Source: Moniliella sp. 'wahieum' (taxonomy: Eukaryota). From it: a stretch of DNA of 64,000 nucleotides. A model generated the notes under the pieces. That model saw only the letters and a program-made list of their open reading frames with translations. It had not been told where the DNA came from and did no database searches. A program made the position numbers and the translations under genes. The stretch is from NCBI GenBank assembly GCA_003971905.1, contig RSEE01000131.1:62001-126000 (forward strand), written 5' to 3'. Below, one piece after another: positions 1 to 10,360 of the stretch (position 1 is its first letter; every line of letters starts with the position of its first letter).

Positions 1-695
1 GCCAAGGGCCAAGCGCGGACCAGTGGACTTGGTTCGCTGCATGAGATTTTGGGGATTTCGCCTTCCAGCAGTACCACCTCCACACCGCGTGCGACGACGC
101 CCGTTGCTACCCCGTTGGTTGTGCCCGGTCCTGGTGGGAGCAAGGTGCGCGTGATGGCCAACCGGCCGGAAACGGCGCCAGCGTCGTTGGCTGGAAGTGA
201 TTCGGAGGAAGAGGAGGAGGAAGAGGAGGAAGGGGAAGGATCTTCTGCCCCGGATGCGTCGGGAAGGCGTAAGGAGGAGAGCAAGAAGAGCAAGAAAGAC
301 AAGAAGGACAAGAAGGACAAGAAGCGCAAGGGCGAAAAGAAAGAGAAGACTACCCCACCAAAAGAAAAGGGCGAAAAGAAGACAAGAAGGACAAGAAGGA
401 CAAGAAGGACAAGAAGGACAAAAAAGACAAGAAGGATAAGAAGGACAAGAAGAAGAACGACGCATCCCTTTCTTCCTCCTCTACTTCTTCGTCTGCGTCG
501 GCTACGCCCACCGTGCCAGCTTTGGACCCCAGCCTCGACCCAGCCCAGAGCAATTTGCGCGTATCGTCGGTTCCAGTATTTGAGTACTTGCAGAACCGGT
601 TGTACCTCCGCCGTGCGGCGGTCCAGCGTGCTAAGCGGGACGAGCAAGAAGCTGTCTGGGGCCGTGTATCAGCGGCCGCGGCTCAGGCGCGGTAA
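1..695 (+). CDS. 3' part of a KKD/KKE-rich nucleolar protein, probably PXR1/PinX1-like (5' truncated by window edge)
   Basis: Frame from base 1 reads AKGQARTSGLGSLHEILGIS, then poly-E and (KKD)n. After a frameshift it ends ...VSSVPVFEYLQNRL...AQAR* at 695. The EILGI motif plus lysine-rich tail resembles fungal PXR1 C-termini; the G-patch is not in the window. Confidence 0.45.
290..456 (+). repeat. (AAGAAGGAC)n coding repeat encoding KKD
   Basis: Visible tandem 9-mers in two blocks. Confidence 0.85.
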
Positions 696-1989
696 GGCTC
701 GAACTTGGACCGCTTGGACGACGTATGGACCGGCTTGGACCGGGGTGGGTGGACGTGCTGGAGTGGGCGCAGGAGGTGAAGGCGGTGAAGGGATGGTCGT
801 GTGCGCTGGGGTCACCCCGCCCCCCATTGTAAAGAGCGGCTCAGTCCAAGGCAGATCCAAGGGCCAGCGCTCTGCCCAGTCGATCGCCTCGACCATATCT
901 GCATGGAGGTAGGAGGTTCCTAGGTTGCTCGCATCCTCGAGTATTAGGCTGTTACGGTGCTATTCCTTCCTTCCGTCCTCCTCTCCTCTCCCTGGCCTCA
1001 ATCCTGAAGGCCTGATTTGTTCGGTTTTGCAATGTCCACTGTGCTTGTGAGATGACTTTCGTAGGATGACTGTTACACTTTCATTTGGCAGCTACTGGAT
1101 CTGTAACTTGGACTTGGATTTGGATTGGTTCTATCCTAAGCGGTATCCGCATAACCCAGTTAGTTATACTAGTGACCGGCGCCGCCATTGCAGATGAGGG
1201 ACGAGGAAAGGCCGTTATACAGAAACAAGGGGTAGGGAAACCAGGGCCGGGGCAAAGTGTAAGTTCAGCATCCCTAACTGCACCTCATTCAATTCTTTTC
1301 CATCTGCATGTCCATCTCCCACCTCTATCTCCAGAGTCCACGTGCACTTCCCTCTTGTACGTCCACGTTCACCTGCCTTTGCCTCTGCCTTTGTCTTTGC
1401 CTTTAACACACGGACATTGGGCCCTGTTGCGACGGAATGCATGGCCTACTTACGATACGCATGCCCACAACCAGTGAACTCATACTATGCTCATGCACCT
1501 CCAGCGCTTTACTCGAGTTTTGAGCTGAAGGTTCAACCGACCTTAGACCTTAGACCTTGCCATTGACCTTTTTGCCATTGACCTTAAAGCTTAAACCTTA
1601 GACCCTAGACCTTAGGGCAGAGACCTTAGGCCTTAGACTTGAGACCAGAGACCTGAAGCTGGGGCCGCGTGCAGCCTGCACCCTCCACGGGTCTCTGCCT
1701 GCCCTGCACGACTTCAGCAGCCGCAAGTGTCCAGTGTCAAAGTGTCAAAGGTCCGAAAAGGTAAAGTGTCCAGTGTCCATCGTCGAGCGTGACAGAGCTG
1801 TCAGGCTTGCAATTCAAGCTGAGACCCGAGCCGCGTCCGCGTCGGGGAAGATGGGGGAGGGGAGGCTCTAGTAGCATTCACTGCTGTACACCAAAGTCCA
1901 ACACGTATAGGATGCAATGGATAGACGGGCAGACACGAAGTGGGCGAGGTAGGGAGGTAGGGAGGTGGGGAGGTGGGGGAGGTGAAGAC

Positions 1990-2160
1990 AAGCGAAGAGA
2001 AGAAAAGAAAAGAGAAGAGAAGAGAAGAGAAGAGAAGAGAAGAGAAGAGAGAAGAGAAGAGAAGAGAAAGAGGAAAGAAGAGAAGAAAAGAAAGAAAAGA
2101 AAACGACAAGAGAAGAAAAGAAAAGAAAAGACAAGAGAAGAGAAGAAAAGGGAAGACAAG
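1990..2160. repeat. Purine-rich microsatellite (AGAAG/AGAAA)n
   Basis: Directly visible low-complexity tract. Confidence 0.9.
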
Positions 2161-3131
2161 GAGAGGCAAGGTAGAGGCCAGGCAAGTTGAAGGGAAGACG
2201 GACGGGAAGAGGGGGGCTAGGTCCGCCTCTCCATCCCCACCTGCGTGCAGCGTGCCGCGGAAGGCAGGCAGGCCGAACAGTCTCATGTAATCGATAATCT
2301 GCTACACGGTACGCAGGTGCCACGTACCGGCCAACGGTCGCGTTCCCAGGTCTGGAGGATGCAATCCAAGAAACCCGGTTCCCTAATCCCGATCCCGATC
2401 CCGATCCCGATACTGAAGCGGGTGCAGGTCCAGGGCCAGGTCGAGCTCAGGCCGGACGATGAGCAAGTGACTAGGGAGCAGACAGACAAGTGGGCCAGTG
2501 GCCATGTGGCCAGGGGGGGCATGGGACATGTGACAAGGGCATAGTAGTAGTAGACGCCTAGACTAGACTAGTAAGAGAGTAAGAGTAGGCTAGACGCCCC
2601 CTCCCTGTCCGCTCCGCTCACTTCTGACATGCTAGGGAGGGGGGGAGGCACATAAATGGGTAGGAAATGGGTAGGAAATGGGGAGGATGGAGGGGGGGAG
2701 CGGAGGGTAGGCTAAGCTAGGGTAGGGTAGAGTAGGTTACGGTAGGGTAGGCGGGTGGAGCGGAGAGGAACAGAGGCGCAACGGATCCGGTTGCAGGTGC
2801 AGGTGCAGGTGCGGGTGCCGTTCGGTGGCGTGGGCCTCGCCGTGCCTCGCCGTACCTCGCCCTGTCGCGTCAGGGAAAGAGGGAGAGGGAGGGATGGGGG
2901 ACTTAACAGTGCGCGGAGCGCGGGGTGGGTCGTGGGCAGATGAAGGGAGCAAGGACAAGAGACGATAAACGATAAACGACAGACGACAGACGACAGACGA
3001 CAAACGACAGACAAACGACAAGCCAGGCAGATATCCCGGCACACAGGCACGCAAGCAGCCAAGCCAAGCCAAGCCGCTGGCTTCGCCCGCCGTGTCGTCT
3101 ACCGTCCACTTCGTACGCGCTCGCCATCGGT

Positions 3132-6100
3132 TTACGCCTGCTGGGCCTGCAGTGCCTGGTCGACCTTTTTGAGCAACTTTTTGAGTGCGCCCTCGGCTTC
3201 GTACTGCCGGTCTTCGTCCGACAAGCCCGGGTCGTCAGGGCCCTTGATGCGGTCCTTACCGATCGTGGCGATTTCGTCGCGCGACAGCCCGGCGCCCACA
3301 AGGAGCAGTGCCAAGAACTCATACAACCTCGGCACGTCCGACTCAATGTCCACGGCAAACTCGAGTGTGTGGGCAAAGCCCTGGTCGAGCGTAGCCACAT
3401 CAATCACCTTCTTTTCCCGTAGCGCACCCAGTAACCTACTCGTTGCCTTGACAACGTCTTCTTTCCGGTCCACCACTTTTTCCGTCAAGTCGGCCACCAG
3501 TTTCGCCCGCCACGCCGCGGGCAACGTCTCGATGGACGCTACGCCTTCCGTCACGTCGCGCACCGACAAGAACTCGTCAATGTTCATCTTGATCTTCTTG
3601 GCGGCTTCTTCCTCGGACATTTCCGCCTTGGCCGACTTGGCTTCGGGCTCAGGCGTTTCCTTTCCTCGTCACCAGGAAGCGGCTTGGTGCGCGGCTGCAG
3701 CTGCAACTTGGGCCGCTCCGCAGGCGCCGACGACGCGTCTTCCGCATCGGCCAAGGCGGCAAACAAGTTGCTCGACGTGGTCCGGGTCGGGTCGAGGTAC
3801 CGTCCGAAGCGGTGGGCGCCTTGGGCCTGCGCTGGCTAAACACACTTTGAGGTCGACCGCCAGCGGCGCGCGGGGCGGCAGACCGAATGCCCTCGCCAAA
3901 GCGTGACACGTCGGGCAAGGTAGCCGTCTGCCATCCGTCGGACGACTCGTTGAACCGGTTTTGGCCGCGGCGCGAACCGCCACGAGAAATGGGTCCGGCC
4001 GAGTGGGAGCTAGGCGCGGCAGAGTGACGAGGACGAGCGTGTTGCTGCGCTTCGGATTCGGCCTTTTGCGCGCTGCGTCGGCGTGGATTTGACGAATAGT
4101 TTTCGGACCTTCGGATTGACCCTTGCCGTGCCAATTGTGCGCACGCAGTTGCAGCAAGTCCACCAACAGGTACCGCATCCGGCTCGGCATGTTGGGCGTC
4201 TCGCTCATCTGCTTCATCCGCTCGTAGCACGCTGACAGCATCGCCCAAGTATCCGCCATGAGTTTCTCCTTCTCGGGACTCTCGTCGCCGCGCGCAGCTG
4301 TGCGCGGGTTGAGCAGTGCATCCAGTTTCGGACCGGCGGCCGCGGCCAACTTGGTGATCGCCTCCACGTCTTCCTCGTCCGGGTCAGAGACAGTGACGAG
4401 GGTGGTGAGGCAGTTGAGCACGACATTGAACCGTAGCATGCCGGCATTGAACAGTTCACCAATAAATTGGAGCAAGCCCAAGCTGCGCCGCTTGGCCTTT
4501 TGCGCTTCGTAGTACTCGTCCGACAAGACGGCCGCCTCGCGCAACTTGCGCAACCGGTCGCGCTCTTCCAACGCTGCCTCGGCCGCCTTCTCGCTCGACT
4601 CGGCTTCGGCCGCGGCCGTGTCGCCAGGCTCCTTGGCCTTGGCAGCGAGCAACGAGGCTTGCAGGTGCGCCCAGTTGGCCTGGAACACAGCTTGGCACCG
4701 ACGCAGCAGTTGACGACGGAACAGCATCCCGCCCGCCACCTCGTGCGCCGGCCGGTCGCCCTGCGGCGGGTCGACCAGCTTGACTTCCGGGCTGAGCGAC
4801 GACTGGAGCATGGCACAGAGTTGCGTGTACGTCTGGGAAAAGTTCGGTTCGTCCGTGGCCTTTTCAAAGATAAGTTCGATGACTTGGTCGAGCGTGTGGG
4901 CATCCGTCTCGTCCTTCGACTTGTTGGCCCATTCGAGAATGCGCGCCGAGACCGAAGCAAAGTTGTCCAAGGTCAACTTGTTGAGCAGCGCCTTGACCTT
5001 GCGTGCGGTCACCTGCGCCTCCTCCACATTCTCCTTCTTCTTCATGCTCTGTGGAACCCATCGGTTCTCCGTATGCTCAATCGGCTTGATCTCCGAGGGC
5101 AACAACGACACCCCGCCCTTTTCTGGCGGCAGCGGACGGCCTTCCCGCTCACCACGGTCCCGACCACGACGACTGCCACGGCTGCTGGTGGTGCGTCCCA
5201 TCATGTCACGCGACGCACGCAGCGCGCACTGCCACTGCCACCACGGAACAGGCCCGAACCACGTGCGAGGTTGAAACTGCCCATCTCGCCACCGACAACG
5301 TTGCGCTGCTGGCTCTGGGCAAACCGTTCTTCGCTGCTCTTGGCCACACCGCCACTTTTGCTCATCGAGCCCATCCCCCCAGACCAATACCAAAGTTGCC
5401 GCTGTTGCGGTTGGAGCCAAAGCCAAAGCCGCGCCCGCCGCGCGCACTGCCCGCCGCACCGGCGGGGCTCATGCCAATCGCCTCGGGAGGCGGAAGACCA
5501 GCCGACGCTCTTTGACACAGTCATAAACTGCATACTGCAGCAAAAAGTCACGGTCGTAGCGGAAGCGCTGCGAGGTCGAGGCCGAGCTGAGCGCCGCGTC
5601 GGGCGCATGCACTTGGCTCGGGTACTGCACTTTGCTCAAATCGGTAATCTTGTGGGCCGACTCGAGGGAGCGGAGTGCGTCGCTGGTACCGGCCCGGCCG
5701 CGCAGCCGAGGGCTTGGTCGGAGTCGCAGGCGTCTCGGGCGCCGGGGAAGCAGGCAAGGTGCTGTCCCGCCGACGCTTGTCGGTCTCAGGAGCATCAACT
5801 TGGCTGCCGAAGGGGTGGTGGGCGAGGCCAGCGGTTTGGCTGGCAGGCCGGCCAGGCCAGGCGTCCGCGGGACCGACAGCGCCGGGAAACGGGTTTGGTC
5901 GCCGTCGACGACGCAGCACCACCGTCTTCCTTGGCAGCTGCCTCCTTTTCCTTTTCTGCCTCGCCGCTTGGCCTTTTCGGCTTCTTCCGCTTCGGCCTTG
6001 GCCTTAGCCTCGGCCTCGGCCGCCTTCTCCTCGGCCTCCTTCTTGGCCTGGCCTCGCTTCGGCCTTGGCCTGTGCCTCGGCGGCAGCTTTTTCCTCAGCT

Positions 6101-7993
6101 TCCTTCTTGGCCTTCTCCTCGGCTTCGGCCTTGGCCTTGGCTTCAGCCTCCTTTTGAGCCTTCTCTTCGGCCTCCTTCTTGGCCTGGGCCTCGGCAGCCG
6201 CCTTGGCCTCAGCCTCCTTCTTGGCCTTCTCCTCGGCCTCGAGCTTGGCCTTCTCCTCGGCTTCCTTCTTGGCCTTGGCTTCCTTCTCGGCCTTGGCCTT
6301 CAAGACCTGAGCGAGGAACTGGTTCTGCTTCTCCGATGCGGCGGGGGCCTTGGCCACGGCGGGCGCCCCTGCCGACGGATCCGAAGCGGGAGAGCTGGTT
6401 ACGGAGGCAGCGCAGGAGCCGGGGACGGAAGAAGTCGGAGCCGGTTGCAGCGCCGGGTCACCGGGTTGGCCGGGCTGGAAGAGGTGGCGGAAGCACCTGC
6501 ACCTGTACCTGTACCTGCACCTGCACCTGCACTGGCGGGAGCCTGTTTGGGCAAGTGCACCTCTTTCAGCGTGGTGGGGTTGACAATGCGAATTGCCTTT
6601 TTGGTGGGTAAGTTGAACTCACGTGCATGCACGTCGAGGCCCGACTCGGGCGTCGGAGCGGCCGGCGTAGCCGAGGCCGGCACAAACGGTGCCGCCGACG
6701 GTTGGGGCGAACCAAAGGTGGCACGGGGGGTAGAAGGGGAAGGTCCGTGGCCCTGGCGCGCGGGAAGGGGCGACGGCATGGCAGCCGCCTGGACGGGCGA
6801 ACCCGAACCAACGTCCGACCCAGGGGCGCCATAGGGCATGCTCCAAAACGGATAGGGCGGTTGGAACGCAGTTTGGTTGTAGCCCATCGGGCCGGGGTAG
6901 TAGCCTGGTGCCATGGGTGGCAAGTGCGGCGAGCGCCCGGGCGGCGGCACCGCTTGGCCCGCCCCGGCCGGGTATCCGTACGACGCATACGGAGCCGGGC
7001 CATGGGCTGCGGGCTGAAGGCTTGTGGCAGTGGGCTGCGTTGCGCGGCGCACGCATGGTCGGGGAGGCAGCGGGGTGCGACGGACGCTTGGCGGGCGCGC
7101 CGTTGGTGCCCGTGCGGGAGCAGAGGGGGACGTGCTGGACGCGGCGGCGGGAGCGCGGCGGGGGCAGGAGAAGCGGCTGCTGGTGCTGCTGCTGGTGCTG
7201 CTGCTGCTGGTGCTACTGCTGGTGCTGCTGCTGCGGGGGCCACGGCCGGGGCGGGAGCGGGAGTGGGGGCGGGGGCAGAGACAGGGGCGGGGGCGGAGGC
7301 AGGGGTGGAAGCAGAAGCAGCGGGCGGGGCGGAGGTCGAAGTGGAAGTGGAAGTCGAAGTGGAAGTCGAAGGCGGGGCAGCGTCCGACTTGGCCGTCGGC
7401 TTGCCCTGGAACATTTTTTGAAAGTCGACCGGGTGGCGCGCGGCGGGCTTGGCGGCGCTGCTGGGTGCGCCAGCGCCAAAGACCACACCCTTGCCCTGCA
7501 CCTTGCTGCCGGCCGAGGCGCCGACGGAGGCGACGGTGCCAAACTGGGCGGGCTGGCCGCCGTTGGCCGGGGCGGGCGCGGGCGCGGGCGCAGGCGCGGC
7601 CGCGGGGGCGGGTGGACTTGTTCTGCAGCGAGCCAAAGCTGAGGGAGCCCGTGTCTGGGGGGGAGGGGGGAGGGGGGTTAGTGGGGGGTGCGCTACTACG
7701 GAGAAGACAGAAAAAGAATGTACGCACTCTTGCGGACGTGGGCGGGGGCCTGGGCAGGGAGACGGCCGGGGCGGGCTTGGGCGCCGGGACGAGGCCGAGG
7801 AGGCGGAGGGGGTGGCGGAGGCGGAGGCGGAGGGGGCGGGGGGCTTTGTGGCGCTGGTTGCGGCGGGGGCGGGGCTCTTGGTGGTGGCGGCGCGGCTCTT
7901 GGAGCCAGCGGCGGCGGCGGCCGCGTAGTTGAACACCGAGCGGGCAGCGGGCGCGGGGCGGGGGCTGCTGCCGGCGGGCTTGGAGCCGCTCAT
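3132..7993 (-). CDS. TIF4631: Eukaryotic translation initiation factor 4G; intron 7655-7727; several frameshifts
   Basis: Start MSGSKPAG at 7993; eIF4E-binding motif RYDRDFLLQY (~5530-5565); MIF4G domain KVKALLNKLTLDNF...IFEKATDEPNFSQTY...GLLQFIGELF...GPKTIRQIH; C-terminal MA3-like domain 3132-3620; intron GTGCGT..CTAAC..CAG. Confidence 0.95.
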
Positions 7994-8580
7994 GCTGGGC
8001 GGGGGGGGGGGTGGGCGGGCCGGGCAGGAGGCGGCCGGCGCAGAGGAGTGGTTGGTGGGGGGAGAAGAACCAGCGAGCAGCAGAGGGGCTGCGGCGACGG
8101 CTCGTGGTGGAGAGACGGAGGACCAGCTCGCCGCCTTCTTCCGGGCGGATGCCTCGCCCCAGCACGCTGCAAAATTTGTGCCCGCGCGCCACTGCCCCCG
8201 CCGCCCGCGCCGCCCCCGCCCACACCGCACGTGTGCTGGCCCCGCACGGCGCCTGTGCCCGCGCCCACCGCCGCGCTAGGGTTGTGTCCGCCGCGGCCCC
8301 CTGCCGGCGTTCGCGCTAGGGTAAGCGTAGCCTTGGCCTGGCCTGGGCCTGCCCCCGCGCAGCTGTCCCGTGACTGGGCATGACTGCTCCTCCCCTGGCG
8401 TCTGCTGAGCAGAGTCCATTGGATGGATGCGAACCCCCTGTGTGCGCAACGGAGCCACACCGCCCAGCCCACGTCGCCCAGGCGCCATCCCATCCGCCAT
8501 CGGGCGTTTCTTCTTTTTTTGCGCGCCCCCTTTCCCCCGCCGCCTTCCGCCCCGTTCCCCTCTCCCGCGCATCCCTGCAT

Positions 8581-8620
8581 CACGTGACACCCTCGGAGAT
8601 AGGGGCGCCAGCTGACGTCA
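8581..8620. promoter_or_regulatory. E-box CACGTGAC (8581) and CRE TGACGTCA (8613) in the divergent eIF4G/cytochrome b5 promoter
   Basis: Exact consensus matches in a short divergent intergenic region; function not shown. Confidence 0.45.
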
Positions 8621-8816
8621 TGCGGCCGCACACAGCACGCGGGCAGTGCGCGCGTTTGTAATGCGCGGCTGGTTTTGAAACGGGCAGCCGCCGCCTTCAC
8701 ACCGACGGCCTGCGTTTGCTCCCGCCGGCTGCCCCCGGCTGCCCCCCAGCCGACGCCAGCCGGAGGGACAGTGACGCAGATAGAAGATCAAGATAAATCC
8801 TCCCACCACCACCACC

Positions 8817-9456
8817 ATGAGCAACACCTTCGACCTCAAGCAAGTCGCCGAGCACAACTCGCGTACGTCTGCCTCCCCTCGCCTTGCTCCAGACACACTA
8901 ACCCCCTGCCCCCCCCCCCCCCCCCCCCCCCCCCAGCCGATTCCGCCTGGATCGTGATTGACGGCGGCGTGTACGACGTGACGGACTGGCTCGACGATGT
9001 ACGTACCTCCCTCTTTTCTCTCTTCCTACATGCTAACCCCCTGTCTTCCCCCCCAGCACCCCGTCGGCCGCAAGATCATCCTCAAAAACAGCGGCAAGGA
9101 CGTGAGCGACATCTGGTGGAACTACCACACACGAAACCATCTTTAAAAGACCGCCCAAAAGTTCAATTGGCGAGCGTACGTATCCCATCCGCGTCCATTC
9201 CCAAGTCCCTCGGGCAGCACTGACACACACCCCTTTGCCTTTGCCTTTGCCTTGCCTTTGCCTTTGCCTTGCCTTTGCCTTTGCCTTTGCCTTTGCCTTT
9301 GCCTTTGCCTTTGCCTTTGCCTTTGCCTTTGCCTTTGCTTTGCCTTTGCCTTTGCCTTTGCCTTTGCCTTTGCCTTTGCCTTTGCCTTTGCCTTTGCCTT
9401 TCTGTGCATTCCCATTCCGCTTCCTCCCCCCAGTCAAGGCCGATGCGAAGCTCTGA
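8817..9456 (+). CDS. Small soluble cytochrome b5-domain protein; 4 exons (8817-8862, 8937-8998, 9057-9175, 9434-9456); C-terminal -AKL
   Basis: Spliced product MSNTFDLKQVAEHNSPDSAWIVIDGGVYDVTDWLDDHPVGRKIILKNSGKDVSDIWWNYH...GELKADAKL*; all three introns have GTACGT donor, CTRAC branch and CAG acceptor; indels in exon 3. Confidence 0.9.
9233..9400. repeat. (TTTGCC)n microsatellite inside intron 3 of cytochrome b5
   Basis: Directly visible hexamer array. Confidence 0.95.
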
Positions 9457-10360
9457 GGCGGCAGAGGCACCTCCCGTCCAATTGGATCCCGTGCCGCTCT
9501 GCCTGACCCTATCCTCCTCAGTCCGCAGTTTGTAGCTCTTCTCGCCACTCTGTCCTCGCACTTGGGACGGACCGTAGACCTGCGATACTAGATCTGCCGC
9601 ACGGGCCTGGCAGTGTGCCGACTGGGATCCACCTTGCCACGTTGCAGTGCGCTTCCCGTATGCCAGCCACAGAGGCCATCAAGAGAAGCTGAACCTTGGC
9701 CCTACCATTTGATCCTGCATGCCTCACCCACGTACCCGACGCCCAAGCGAACGCACACGATACGTCCACTTCAATGCCGATCTGATGCATCTCATGTTCC
9801 CCACCGTCTGGCTAAGCAGGCGAGCAAGGTACTCTCGCAAGGTACCCTCCCAAGGTAGCCTCCCAAGGTAGCCTCCCAAGGCGCTGGGGTAGGAACCGGG
9901 CGGGCAGGCTGCATGAGCGCACGCCAAGTGGCACGAGGGGCGTGGGCTCTTGGTGTTGCAGTAGTTGGGCCCCGAGCGCACACAAGCGAGTCGAGCAGCA
10001 CATGCAGCACAAGTCAACAAAGCAGGGAGGGAGGCAAGCAGGCAAGCAGGCAAAGGCAAACACGAATGCGAACCCTCCTTCCCACCGACCGGGTCGGGCC
10101 CATGGATGTCGAGCCCCTAGGGACTACACCGTACCACCGACCCGGTGCCCACCAACGTTCACGTTCATGTTCATGTTCACTCCACCCCCCAACTGGACGC
10201 CCCTTGCACGAGCCGTGGCACTGGCACAGGCACAGGTACGTGCACGTGCACGTCCCCCTCGGCCTCAGCGTGCGCCCCGGGGCGCAACGCGTACGGCCCC
10301 GAACGGATGTAGGTGCAGTGCGCATGGCGCGCCCCCCCGCTCCTCCTGAGGCCTGGAGCA

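Noticed and set aside
1789..2323. ORFs rich in EEKR or FSSLL
   Set aside because: Translations of a purine microsatellite
4467..6834. Long plus-strand ORFs (714 aa, 400 aa) overlapping eIF4G
   Set aside because: Antisense shadows of a GC-rich coding sequence with no motifs; the same applies to most overlapping ORFs in the track
9057..9068. HPVG instead of HPGG in cytochrome b5 as a functional variant
   Set aside because: A single-base difference in an error-prone exon; not reliable
9033..9561. Poly-KG/KA/QR/LP/CL ORFs
   Set aside because: Six-frame read-through of the intronic (TTTGCC)n array
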